From Antedon mediterranea (lineage: Eukaryota > Animalia > Echinodermata), in NCBI RefSeq assembly GCF_964355755.1, contig NC_092680.1, positions 2,170,001-2,234,000 on the forward strand: a DNA stretch of 64,000 nt, given 5' to 3'. The translations under genes and the position numbers were made by a program. The notes under the pieces are model-generated. The model saw only the letters and a program-made list of their open reading frames with translations. It was not told the DNA's origin and did no database searches. Positions within the stretch are counted from its first letter, which is position 1, and each line of letters begins with the position of its first letter. Positions 1 to 12,700 of the stretch are shown one piece after another.

Positions 1-146
1 AATTTAATAAGAAAGTAGTGAATAAAGTATTGATAAAATCAGGTTTTAAATCATAGGTGGATCCAGTCTGGATACCTCTCCCACCCACCTTTCATATTTT
101 ACAAGGTCCCTTTCTTTTTTTTTAAAGTATAGAATTGTATTTACGT

Positions 147-498
147 TCTCGCATTGATACACTCAATTTACTCGTTAAGCAACTTTGGGCCTGGTTAGAG
201 CTTGGATGGGAGACCATCTGGGAATATCGGGTGCTGTATATGGAGCTGGGGTCCAGTTAGGCATTTGAAATCAGCACTCTTATATGGCAGCCCCTGTATC
301 TAGTATCTGCCTCAGACGTATTGGCTTTTATGCCTTTCCTCTGGTCAATAGGTGGGCACTGGACGAGAGAAGCCCTTGATCAATGTTAGGACCAATCAAG
401 GTACTTTAAACAGTCCTGGCTTTGTTTGTATCAAACCTGTTAGTGGCGATAATTATTGTTGTTGGTTTCGATTAAATAAGAAAATAATAAAATAAATA
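147..498 (+). mobile_element. 5S rRNA-derived SINE (SINE3-type)
   Basis: GTTAAGCAACTTTGGGCCTGGTTAGAGCTTGGATGGGAGACCATCTGGGAATATCGGGTGCTGTA is a diverged 3' half of 5S rRNA. It continues into a non-5S body and an A-rich tail. The same head and body occur at ~49005-49180. Confidence 0.75.
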
Positions 499-634
499 GG
501 CTGATTGGTGCTATCATATTCAATAGTCCCTGCCCATGGTGAAAAACTAGTTCTATGGTTTGAGCAGAATTCAATACATTTTCTATATTTGTCTAATTAA
601 AGCAAAGTGTGTAGAGTAAAAAACCAACTCTTAC

Positions 635-3600
635 CTAGTAAATTACTAACTCTATCTGTAACTGCTTTAGTTGCTCTAACCATCATGTTCTCACTTTCAT
701 CATATTTTACTTTCCAATCTAAAATTTCTGTACACAAAAATTGATACATCATTAATTATATTAATATATACTACATAATTAATGAATTTTTAAATTTATT
801 TAGTTATTATTTTTTTAATAAAGCAATTTAAAATTACTTACTAGTAAACACTTGATTATTGTCTGTAAAGTTTTTCCATTGTTCATAAAATTTAGAATCT
901 TTATGTAAAACCATTCCTGTATCATCCCTGTGAATTGAAGCAATTAAAGAATAATTGTTGTTATTTATTTAAACTGGGTAACCTCTTCAGTAAAAGTTAT
1001 GATTAGTGGCTATGATGTACTAGTACACCGGGGTAACCCCTACTTGTCTTTAAAGTGCACATGAGCTAGATGTGTACACTGGTTTATAGTCCTTAACCAA
1101 GAAGACTCGTTCTACCACCAGAACCATGGAGCAAATCAGCCTCGAACCATTGCCGATGTTATGGTTACGTCATTACGGTTCCACTGTCCCAACTGCTCGG
1201 CCACTCTATGGCATAATTATAATAAAATCATAACTACAATTCGTTCAATATAGGCACATATACATATTATATTTGAAATGCCTTTTGGCCCTAGTACTGT
1301 AGTGCTACCCCTTAGATCTGCCTCTGTTGCTGGATGTCAACGGTCTGTAGAAGGTCGAATGCAAAATTGATTAATAATTTACATTTACAAATCTATCAGT
1401 ATTATATAAATTGTGCTTACTCATTTATTTCTATTGGTCTGTCAGATTGCATGTTTGCCAAATTCTCTGTCCTTTTCCTCAATTTCACTAAAAAAGTAGA
1501 AGTAAAGAATTGATTATTTTTCAATACAAATCAAACATTTTCTTTTTTTACAGACTCTGTCTACACTATCAAACGTAATATGATGTGCCATATCACTACC
1601 ATATTTGGATACATCACACTTTTTTTGGTAAAACTAGTTTGATAGTGTGGACAGAGCTTTAATGTAATAATTTGGTAACAAGTCATTTGTTGCTTTATTA
1701 TTGGACATGTACATAAGTTCTATAAATTATAGCCAGGGCTAGAAAAAGATAACATATCATATAGCCTGTGATCTTTACCTGGTGCCTTATATGCCCTAGC
1801 CTTGCCAGTCGTGCTCTCATCAATCTCATGTTTTACAGCTTTCACTCCCTGTAAAGAAACACTATTTTAATATTTCAACAACAAACCTGACAGGAAAGGT
1901 GATCTTAGGTTAATAACAGTATTGTTTATGCTTCAGTAGCTTCTCTAATTTGACAGTCTGAGAAAGTGTGATGGGCCCAAATATGGTCAAATATGGTAGT
2001 GACATGACATCATCATGTCCATATATGGCACATCACAATTTTTTTCACATAAGGTTTGATAGTGTAGACAAGGCTTTAGCATACTAAAGTACAGTGTCCT
2101 GAATAAGAGTGTCCCAAAAAATCTATGGCTATTGATGTGTTTAAAGTAACTTTCTTACCTCTGATATAGACTGGAAGGCCTTTGATTTTGAGATGTCTTC
2201 ACCTGATTTGGATACCTTTTGTGCAGCTCCTTTAGCAGTCTTTGAGATGCCTTCAGCCGTATCCATACCTTTCTTAACCCACTCTTGTTTTTGCATTTCT
2301 TCAACACTCTGTTAAACAAATATGGTGGAGATATCTCTAAGTATGGTAGTGATATGACATCATCATGTCCATATATGGGCACATACAATTTTTGAATTAA
2401 ATGGCAAAATCATAACATTTTAAAATATGTTTAAACCAGATGACACTGTCAATCACGTGACCCAAAATATCGAAAATTGAAAGAGGAGTAGGACAATCAT
2501 CGTAACTTTGATCATATATTATATGTCAATTTATAGTTTGGGATTTTTTATAGCTTGAAGTGCCTAGTTCGGCTGTAAACTAATAAGCAGTAGTTACGAT
2601 AGAGTCGACATGTTAGAGATATGTCCAAGTATGGTAGTGATATGACATCATCATGTCCATATATGGGCACATACAATTTTTTTGTCACATAAAGTTTGTA
2701 AGAACATATCACAAAATTATCAGTGTACCTAATAATATCTAGTAATAGTACCTTCAATCATTAAAATGGAAGAAAATAATGCATGGCATGTGAAAACAAT
2801 TTAACCAATCAAATCAGGTGTCTTTTTGGGGTAGCTGCTGGGAATATTTTCCATGAAATTTAGCACCAGTTTGAATTTCTCTCTCTCCGCTAATAAATTT
2901 TATATGCCAGTCACAAGAAAATGGCTAAAATACCTGTTCTACTTTCCCTTTAATTTCAGTAAATGTTTTCTTGAATATTTCACTACTTTTAGTTGTTTCT
3001 GTTCCTAATTCTTCCTGAAAAAGAAAATCATAACAAATAAATAATGACATTGATAAAATGAAATGTATTATATTTATAATATATTTATTTATATAAATTA
3101 TTAAATTTATTATATATTCAATTTTACTTACATATTTTTCTCTAGCTGCCTTTAAAGCATCAGACTGTTCCAATTTCTCTGCTTCCTCCCTGAATTTTTT
3201 AATGTTTTCCTATTCAATTATAAAAAAAATCTAACTAATTTAATTGTTAATTTTCATTAACAACAATAGTTGAAGCCAAATATAAAACACTGGAAACAGC
3301 TATGGAAAGATCTTCAATCAAGGGTGATTCTGGAAGAAATTATTCTTTAAATAAGATTTTATTCTATTCACTTAACAGTAATATACCTTCATGTCCTTAT
3401 TCTTGCTCATCTCTGATTTCAGATTGTCAATAAATTGTCCTATAAAACTTCTGGGTCCTGATTGGTTTGAATATGTTTTTATCTGAAAATTAAATTAAAA
3501 AACAATTTTTTATTTATATCATTTATCAAATTATGCCATTTAATTATTTTTTAGTGGGAAATTCAGCTTTTTGAGACTTTTTGACTTGTGCCCAGGTTTG

Positions 3601-5543
3601 AGCAAAAGTCTAAATTGTTGGTTACCCACAATACCTACTTGATGCAAATGTGTTTCTGTTTGATGGTGGTTGCCTTGGTGAAGTAATAAGCAACCTTTAC
3701 CACTATTTGTTGCTGGGACAACATTGCGTACTTGTAACCGCGCCTGGTGTATGACCTGAAAAGAAATATGTAAAAAAATAATTATTATATTAATTAGGCG
3801 TAATATTTAACTTTTTAAATTAAATATAAACTTGTTTCTACTGTATAACAAAATATTATTATTAATTACATATTAAAAAAAATAAAATGCTAGACCTAGA
3901 AAATATTTCAAATTCAACACAATACAACAAATTCATTAAAAAAATTAAGAAAACTAAAAAGCATTATTTATAAATTTATTTGTGGTATCATATAATGATT
4001 GGCGCTAATGCAGTTTCGTACCCACCCCTTAAAATTACTCAAAATCTTCATCCAACCTACTCACGAGTTGTCTACAACATTCTGCAATCATAAAATTGTA
4101 AAAAATCGATAATTTTTTATTTAAAACTATTTTTAATCAATTAATACTGAGCACCCTTCGGAAATACATCGCCAGCTGCTTAGCTTCGCGAAAATCATCG
4201 CTAGGCCTGCCGATAAAAGTACGGAGGCCTCACAGGACATTAACTCTAAAGAGTAAACAGTTGCGTTCTATAGAGCACGCACCAAATAATTATAATTTTC
4301 ATTATTTCCGACATGCGTTTCGTATTTTTAATAAAGAAAAGAAATACTATACAATTGCTGTATTCATCATTGTGGGTATCATCATAATTATGTTATGTTT
4401 TTAATTTGTTCTTTCATTTTACTAGTAGAATTTCACACAGAAAAGAAGATAAATATGGAACTGCTGACTCTTGAAGATAGTACTGACCAATTTTCCTCTG
4501 TTTTAGTTTATTTTACATTATGGTTTGTAGGTCAAATAAATAAATGAAATGAATAAAAAGAATTAAAAAACAGAAAGATATAATTTATTGAAATGTAATG
4601 TACAGTAATACAATAATTATAATAAAAATGTTTTCCATCAATTACTAGAATTTATTTTACTTCTGCTGACACTGAATACATGATTTCATGTCTATTCATT
4701 AATTTATTTCAACAATATTTTATGAGGGTGGTCCATCCAGCCGAAGCTGATCATTAGGGACCCTTACAAAAAATATAATTTGACAAGATAATAACACACA
4801 ACATTCAAAATAAATAGAATTCAACATAATTAAACACAAAATATTTCTTTATGAAAAAAACGTAAAATCCGTTTCAACAGGAACATGTAAAAAATATTTT
4901 ATTATCGCCATAATATGATCATATAAGAGCGTCCTCTATAGATCGATGCCCTATGAGGCCTCCGTACTTTCATCGGCAGGCCTAGCGATGATTTTCGCGA
5001 AGCTAAGCTGGCGATGGATTTCTGAAGGGTGCTCAATTATTAATTGATTAAAAATAGTAATAAATAAGAAATTATCGATATTTTACCATTTTATGCTTGC
5101 TGAATGCTGTAGACAACTCGTGAGTAGGCTAGATGAAGTATTGAAATCATTTGGAGTAATTTTAAGGGGTGGGTACGAAACTGCATTAGCGCCTGATTTG
5201 TGAATCTGACTAATTAAACTAATACAAATTGGCCATTGCCATTGGGCGAAACGATTCGGAACAAAACGACTTCGCATGATGCAAGAAGGAAAGTTATTAC
5301 TCATGCCTGGAAAATCCAACAAGACGGGGAACATGTGTCTTCTTTCGGGAGGCTACAAATCAACGTTGGCAGGCCTAGGGCTAAAATACGACGGTATTGT
5401 GGTAATTTAAATCAAATTAACATATCCAAATATACTTAAATGTAACCAATGTAAGCGCTACTGTCTACAAACCAAATAATCACTATACTCAATTAATACA
5501 AAGAAATTACCTGACGATGAATTTTGCACATGCTCGCAGCCAT
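635..5543 (-). CDS. TIMM44: Mitochondrial import inner membrane translocase subunit TIM44, 5' part (at least 10 exons; continues beyond the left edge)
   Basis: ATG at 5543. GT-AG exons at about 5511-5543 (MAASMCKIHRQ), 3638-3755, 3388-3482 (RSFIGQFIDNLKSEMSKNKDMK), 3132-3209 (ENIKKFREEAEKLEQSDALKAAREKY), 2934-3014, 2159-2308, 1779-1848, 1421-1487, 842-927 (GMVLHKDSKFYEQWKNFTDNN) and 635-727 (YDESEN). These peptides match the Tim44 N-terminal region as I recall it. Confidence 0.9.
958..1208 (-). mobile_element. Internally deleted copy of the 17578 SINE family
   Basis: The reverse complement shares GTGGCCGAGCAGTT, CCATGGTTCTGGTGGTAGAACGAGTCTT, GCACTTTAAAGA and AGTAGGGGTTACCCCGGTGTA. Confidence 0.75.
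4001..5193. mobile_element. Non-autonomous DNA transposon with ~250-bp TIRs in TIMM44 intron 1
   Basis: 4001-~4255 is the reverse complement of ~4930-5193 (GGCGCTAATGCAGTTTCGTACCCACCCCTTAAAATTACTC...). Flanked by the direct repeat TGATT (3996-4000 and 5194-5198). No transposase ORF. Confidence 0.88.
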
Positions 5544-5564
5544 TTTGATTTTGTATTGAATCTA

Positions 5565-5583
5565 CAGCGCCCTCTAGTGGCAC
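5565..5583. promoter_or_regulatory. CTCF consensus site in the TIMM44/FKRP bidirectional promoter
   Basis: CAGCGCCCTCTAGTGGCAC is a close match to the CTCF core motif. It lies in the 177 bp between the two divergent ATGs. An NF-kB-like GGGAATCCCC sits at ~5594-5603. Confidence 0.65.
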
Positions 5584-5720
5584 CAATTTGTTAGGGAATC
5601 CCCCTCTACTATCGATTCATTCATGCGAATCATCATCAACATCATCAGTAGAGATTCCAGAGAGTGAACAAAGTCATCATCATTTTACGCGGAACATAAT
5701 TGATAATTTGATAATTAGAT

Positions 5721-7337
5721 ATGCGTTTGTCGCATAGATGGCAGAAGGTTCTTGTTTTGTTTACAGTCTTAAATTTTCTATTTATGATCTATCTATTATC
5801 GAGGAAACAATGTGACCCTGCATTTTTGGACAACCATCACGCGGATGAAAGGCGTTTGTCAGCCGAACAAGATAACCAGGTTCAGCTATATCGTGATGAG
5901 CCTGAGCCTAGGAAACGTAATGATGGTGACGATGATGATGAATCAGATGATATAACTTTCATATTTAGAGAATTTGAATTTGAAGATAATTGTATTAGTA
6001 AGAGTGATCAGAACATTGCTGAGCATTTTCCAAACTCAAATATTTTAATTGTGACTGACCGTAAACCGTACCCACCGTTATTTAACTTAAATAAAAGGAC
6101 AAAAATAGTGACGTTACTAAATGAACCACACCGTAATATTGCTGAATCAAGACCTGAAAATTATATATTAACAAAATATGTAGTTATCGTACCGGATGGT
6201 ATCAAATTTTTTTCTGATTCTAAGTTAAAAAGTTTTGTAAATGCATTTAAGGAGTTAGAGAATACGAAAGAAGATGTTAAAATTGGAGCGGCTGGATTGG
6301 AACAACTATCAGAACGTGAAAAAGAAGCATCTTGTGAAAATCTTAGATTTGATTATCAAAATTGGACACTTCATTATAGTTACTCGTACAAAGAAACATG
6401 TGATTCTATACGTGGGAATCACGTTGTCGTGATGAGGACGAGCAATTTTCACCTGCTAAGCGCCCCCTATGCACGTCCTATTTTAAATAGTTTATATATA
6501 CAAGCTAATCTTCATAAATGGAAGGTACACTTTTTTAAAGATATAAAATTTTACATCGATGATTGCCATAGTCGTGACGACCAAATAGCGTACAGAAAAC
6601 AACAAAATGAAGTAATGCGTTTGCGCAACATTTACAAACAATTTGGTGTCAAACTCGTCATTCACAGCGACAATGTTCACAATTGGTATGGTTGCAGTAA
6701 AACGAGCGATCGTTGTTTTGATACGGTTTACAACGACATGCCAGAATACTTATACGAGAATCATTGGACACCCCCGTGTTGTATGAAAGCGTTAAGAGAA
6801 ACTGCTAAACACGTTTTTCAAATTCTCGATGACTTGGATATTCGGTATTGGCTAGAAGGCGGAAGCTTGCTTGGCGCCGCACGACATAAAGGAATTATCC
6901 CGTGGGATTATGATGTTGATATAGGAATTTACCTTGAAGACGTCGATAAAATTTCATATCTTCAAGCGGTTAAAAACGGGGGTGGCGTCACAGACGACCA
7001 GGACTATGTATGGGAGAAAGCATGGCCTCACGAGGGGGACTATTTCCGTGTTCAATATAGTTCAACCAATCATCTTCATGTTGATATATGGCCATTTTAT
7101 TCTAGGGATGGCATCATGACTAAAGACTTCTGGTTTGAGGATCATAAACAGGATAAGGAATTCCCAGAACACTTCCTCTTGCCGCTTGTGACTCTAGAGT
7201 TTGAAGGAATGCAAGTAAAAGCACCCAACAATCATAGACAATTTTTAGAATTGAAATTTGGTAATGGAGTAATTGAAAATGCACAATATCCTCAACCAAA
7301 CAGGATTCAAATGGCCAAGGTTGAAGAAGAAAACTAA
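5721..7337 (+). CDS. FKRP: Fukutin-related protein (ribitol-5-phosphate transferase, LicD family), single coding exon, 538 aa
   Basis: N-terminal signal-anchor, FEFEDN motif, WYGC..RCF..PEYLYENHWTPPCC, and catalytic YWLEGGSLLGAARH.GIIPWDYDVDIG (DxD) followed by QYSSTNHLHVDIWPF. Confidence 0.95.
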   Translation: MRLSHRWQKVLVLFTVLNFLFMIYLLSRKQCDPAFLDNHHADERRLSAEQDNQVQLYRDEPEPRKRNDGDDDDESDDITFIFREFEFEDNCISKSDQNIAEHFPNSNILIVTDRKPYPPLFNLNKRTKIVTLLNEPHRNIAESRPENYILTKYVVIVPDGIKFFSDSKLKSFVNAFKELENTKEDVKIGAAGLEQLSEREKEASCENLRFDYQNWTLHYSYSYKETCDSIRGNHVVVMRTSNFHLLSAPYARPILNSLYIQANLHKWKVHFFKDIKFYIDDCHSRDDQIAYRKQQNEVMRLRNIYKQFGVKLVIHSDNVHNWYGCSKTSDRCFDTVYNDMPEYLYENHWTPPCCMKALRETAKHVFQILDDLDIRYWLEGGSLLGAARHKGIIPWDYDVDIGIYLEDVDKISYLQAVKNGGGVTDDQDYVWEKAWPHEGDYFRVQYSSTNHLHVDIWPFYSRDGIMTKDFWFEDHKQDKEFPEHFLLPLVTLEFEGMQVKAPNNHRQFLELKFGNGVIENAQYPQPNRIQMAKVEEEN

Positions 7338-9709
7338 AATTGGAATGCATTTAAAATGAAGCAGTTACTGAATTCTTAAAAATATGTCACCCTGCTTTAA
7401 GCTCTGTCTACACTATCAAACTAGTTTGACAAAAAAATGTGATGTGCCCAAATATGGTAGTAGTATGCTTAAGTATGATAGTGTAGACAGAGCTTAACAA
7501 AGATAGTCTATTGATGATTCACAACATTACAATTTTTTTCCCTTTTAGTTTAGAAATGTTGTCATTTTCATCAGGAAAACGCATGTTTAATGGGCCAATT
7601 CATAAACATTAAATTAGCCTTGAGCTTGAGGCTAAGTAGACAGTACATCCTTAATCTCTGTCAACACTATCAAACTAGTTTGGAAACAAATGTGATGTGC
7701 CCAAATATGGTAGCGATATGCTTAAATATAGTAGTGATATGACATCATCATGTCCATATATGGGCACATCACATTTGTTGTCATAAAGTTTGATAGTGTA
7801 GACAAAGCCTTAAAAGTGGCATGTATGTGCTTATTATCATTCACAGTTCATTTGCAAAGATCTTATTGCCATGATAAATTGGCTTAATATTTTGGTTAAT
7901 GTAATTTCTACTTCCTCCGTACGTAGTGACGAACAAAAGATATGTAAATGCAAGCTGAATAAAAAACTTTATTAGATTATAAAAGTCAGGTGGTTCCTTT
8001 AAGTGGCTTACCGATCGGGGTTCAATTTACTGTCAAATATGTCCGGATTTTTTGTTAGGATTGTTTTATTTTGTTTTTAGGTCGACCATCTTATATGTTT
8101 CCCATATATGATTCCCATTTTTAAGGATAGTGAATGAATTTGATATGGTATATTTCTGGCAATTTTCCTAAATATATTTTATTTACATTAGATATAAATT
8201 TAATAGTTCACAATACTGAAAAACATTTTTTTTTTAGATCTGGAAAAAAAAATGGTTTTGACAATTTATTTTGTCTATTTGAGAATATGTATGCACAATT
8301 TATGTGATTTTTTTTTTTTTTAAGAGGGGTTTGGTGGAGGGTAGGTCTATGCAGTAGTTGATTTCCAGGAACTTGATCCTGCCGAATCACTTATCACTTA
8401 TCCTCAATATCACATTACTCAATGATACATATTTATTCTTGACATTCACTTTTAGGAACTTTTGAATACATTATGGCCTTGACTGTTTAGTACACTGGCA
8501 ATTGAGTTGGCTTTGGCCTCTTGTTAGCCCACATACATCTGTTTAAGAAAAGGAAACAAGTTGCTGTATTACAGGATAAATATGATTACTCATCAACAGT
8601 CCTCAAGCTGAGTTCTTACATGTTTTAGTATCTTACCAACAAGTATAAGTAACACATATTAGTATTTACAATATAATTTAAAAGCAATTGTCATCTAAAG
8701 CCTTGTCTACACTATAAAATTGTATGTGACAAAAAAATGTGATATGCCCATTTATGGACATGATGATGTCATATCACTACCATATTTAGACACATCATTA
8801 CCATATATGGGCACAATACACTTCTTTTGTCAAACTAGTTTGATAGTGTAGACAGAGCTTTATAGAGATGTGATTTTGTCATTTAAAGCTCAATAAAAAA
8901 AAAATCACAGTAGATGTGAACATTTTTATCAGATTTCGATTATAAATAAAAATAATTTTCTGGTAAATTCTTTAAACAGGAAGACAAAATATTAAGATGA
9001 AATACAGGGTTATTTATAGCTTATGACACAATCAAGGATTGTCCTCTGAATATTAGGTGCTTCCATATTTATGAAATAGATAATTCCATTTTGGAGCTTC
9101 CTAAAGCTCTGTCACTATGAACTAGTTTGACAAAAAAGTGTGATGTGCCCAAATATGGTAGTGATAATGATATAGTACTGATATGACATCATCATGTCCA
9201 TATATGTGCACATAACATTTTTTGTCATAAAATTTGATAGTGTAGACAAAGCCTACAGCTTTCACAACAAAATAATTACACACAAATATTACAGTCAGAA
9301 ATTGTTTATTTCTTGGTAAACATACCAACACTCAATCTTGAAATAAAGTCTATAAACTAATATTTACAAATAATAAAAATGGATTCAATTCAGATTCCTC
9401 AATAAGAGTTTGTTATATTATTATTATATTATGAAATTTTATCACTATAATATGTAAATAAAATATTTAATATTTATTTATTCATAAATAAATTCAGATA
9501 TATTGAATCTATTTGATATAAAGTTCTTAGGTAATTGTGATCCAAACATTGTATTTTCTACCATATAAAATAATGGAAAAAAGATTCATCCAAACATTCA
9601 AGTCAAATGTACATGACTGTACAATTGGACGGAAATTCAAGGTGGATATTCGGACATAATAAAATTCTGGTAGTACTTTGCTGCAGCATAATTGTAATGG
9701 CGTCACTTG

Positions 9710-12700
9710 TCACTTCTTGTTGCTGTCAATCGGTTCCCTGACCAAGTCAAGTAATTTATTCATTTTTGCAATTTGTTCCTCAAGCCCTTCCTTTTTCTAC
9801 AAGAGAGAAAATAGAAGATTTAATTTATGTCAAATTTATGTATCGCTTTTTAACAATTACCAGACTGTCCCAAAGCGCTTTAAATAAAAATGGGTGAGAA
9901 AACAGATTGAATTACAATTATGACCTCACGTATTAAGGGGAGACCTTGATCTTGTTTTGTTGATGAAGGGGTGGGGGGAGGTGGGGTCTTTACCAGACCA
10001 TGGCTATGATTGCTAGGCTATGATTGCTAGAACAAATATTAATAGTTTGGTTCTAGAGAGACTGGAAAAAATCTGTGTGTTATTTTATCAGTCTACAATC
10101 TATTTCATTCTTCGCTCTTTCAAAGCTATTAATTAGCCACTAATAGACAGGAAGCAATGCTGAGTGAACTAGGGGTATTTATAGATGCACAAGATTACGT
10201 TGGATGACAAGTGCAGCATCTCACAACCTTGATTTAAGGAATCATTTTATTCATACTACAAAGGACAAGTAATTGACCGTACATATTTTCAGGTTCAAAA
10301 CTGATAGCTCATAAAATTATACAAGGGCTGCAGCGTCTATAATTAAGCTAGTACTTGGATGTGTATACTCGTATGAATGACAAGTGTTATATCCAACCAC
10401 TTGCAGTTGATGAAAACCTTACCTTTGGATTTTTCTTCCTCAAATTTGGAGATAATTTCATACTTGTAACATAACCTCTGAAAATTAATGTTAAAACATT
10501 TGTTTTGAATCCCTTTTTATCAGATTGGGACATATGGCCACGGTCTTGTGGTTTCTTTATTTGGCAAAAGGAAAGTGATGTGCCCATATATGTACATCAT
10601 GATGTCATATCACTACCATATTTGGGCATATCACTATCATATTTGGGCACATCACTACCATGTGTGGGCACATAACCATTTTTTTAGAGCTTTAGGCATT
10701 GATTACAATGAGGCTAAAACTAATAGGATAATCCTAAATACAATAATAAAGTGTTGTTATCCACTAATAAAATGTTATTAAAAACAATTCCTGTAAATTC
10801 AAATGATTGATTTACACAATCCTATTTATAGTGTCTTACTCCATGTTTGGAATTATAAAATTTAGTTCTAACCTGTCGTCTCCCACTAAAATAATAGGAT
10901 GATCAGGGTTGAAGACAATGTGCGTCAACTTAGTTTTCTTCTTCTGTACAACAGCTTGCTCACAAATTGGTTCATATTTGTTCACACTCAGATCATAGAC
11001 ATGTACCTATTTGTGACAAAGTCAAAAACAAAATGCATATCAAATATATATCCACACAATCTAAAGCTCTGTCTAGACTATCAAACAGTTTGTGACAAAA
11101 AAATGTGATGTGCCCATATATGGACACGATGATGACCATATTCCTATCATATTCGGGCACATCACATGCTTTTGTCAAACTAGTTTGATAGTGTAGACAA
11201 GATTTAAAGGGAGTGGTACGTATTCTGAAGCATGTACTGTACAGTATGTGCAATGTAAAGGAAATTAATATTAATAATTAAAAATGGATCATTTGCAGGA
11301 ATAGCATTTCAACCTCTGCCCATCCACCTTTCCTCACGTTAACAAATGTGTTAATACATACCTTGCCATCTGCAGTAACAGCTGCAAATGTTGTAGAAGA
11401 GTATGGTGCCCAGGCAACATCACCAACTGAATTACCAAGGTCAAAGGTGAACATTGGCTCTTTCCTGCAAGATAATTATTAGCTTATTCATAGATCCATT
11501 CTAAAAGATCTATCTATTTTAGTACTATGTTCCTTTTGAAAGTGATCAATGCATATAAAGAAAAGGACTGCTATTCCTAAAAGAGTAGAGGGTCCTGTGA
11601 AATCTGACCTGCACTGCTTAAATATTTGTTTTTCAATCTAAGGACAGATATTAAAACTAATATTGCACTGTAAATGTAAAGAGACAGAACAAAGCACATG
11701 AATGGAAGATGGACTACGCCCACTTCCACTCCTACAAAAACAAAGTGTTGTTTGTGGCACAGATATGTGATCATATGTGATAAGATAAATAAATGAATTA
11801 CTTGGGATAAGTATGATATGGACTGTAATTCAAAGGATCACAAAGAAGCACATGTCTGAATATGAATGGATGGATTATGCCCACCTACAAAAATTGCTAT
11901 TTGCGGCACTGCAGACTGTGATATATGATAATATTGTATGTAATTGTATATAATATGTGATGATAAATAAATGAATTACTTGGGATAAGTGTGGTCCCAG
12001 ATCTTGACACTCCAGTCAGCACTGCAGGATAAAAAGACATTAGGATGGAAGTAGTTCCATTGCACTCTGTACACTGCCATGTGATGGGCATCAAAGGTAT
12101 CCAGGAATTGGCTGGAATACGCCTTCGAACATTTATGTATTTTGCCTTCTTCTGTTCCAACTAAGAATTGGTAGTCGGTCTTCTTATGGAAGTCAAAGCA
12201 TGTGCCACAACCTATGAATAAGAGAAAAACATGGTTCAGAGAATTTAACCTGTACCACAACCTATGAATAAGAGAAAAACATGGTTCAGAGAATTTAACC
12301 TGTACCACAACCTATGAATAAGAGAAAAACATGGTTCAGAGAAGTTATCCTACTGTCTATGGTTTAAACCTGCAGGATCCACATAGTGTCCCCTCAATAG
12401 AGGTGTCCATGAATAGGGATTAGCATTAGTGTTATAAAACATACAGTATGTCACCTCTTTTGTCTCACAGGAAAGTGTCCCCTTAATAGAAGATTTCCCA
12501 AAAGGAGGGTTCTATAAGAATGTTGGACAGGTCAGAGGTATAGGAAGCTGAACTAAAATCCTATTGACACTAAAATTTTAGTTAAATCCATAATGACCTC
12601 GATTTAGTAGTAGAGCTAACTTACTTAGTGTTGTGATTTGTGTGCCTTCTGGACCTTCTTGTATGGAATCCTCTAGTTTTAACTCAATGACATCAGTATA

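Noticed and set aside
170-240. Functional 5S rRNA gene
   Set aside because: The 5' half is missing or diverged, there are many substitutions and no oligo-T terminator, and it continues into a body shared with another copy, so it is a SINE head.
2155-2757. Short ORFs with [15 protein letters not shown] or YHYHIWAHH motifs (also at 9122, 10548, 23567, 31825, 50474, 51179) as a peptide gene family
   Set aside because: They are translations of the non-coding MITE in varying frames.
5721-7337. FKRP as a retrocopy or horizontal transfer because it lacks introns
   Set aside because: Vertebrate FKRP also has a single coding exon, and there is no poly-A or TSD signature.
8380-8562. Extra minus-strand coding exon after a strong acceptor at ~8540
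   Set aside because: It hits a stop within five codons in the DNAI1-compatible frame and has no recognisable homology; at most a UTR exon.
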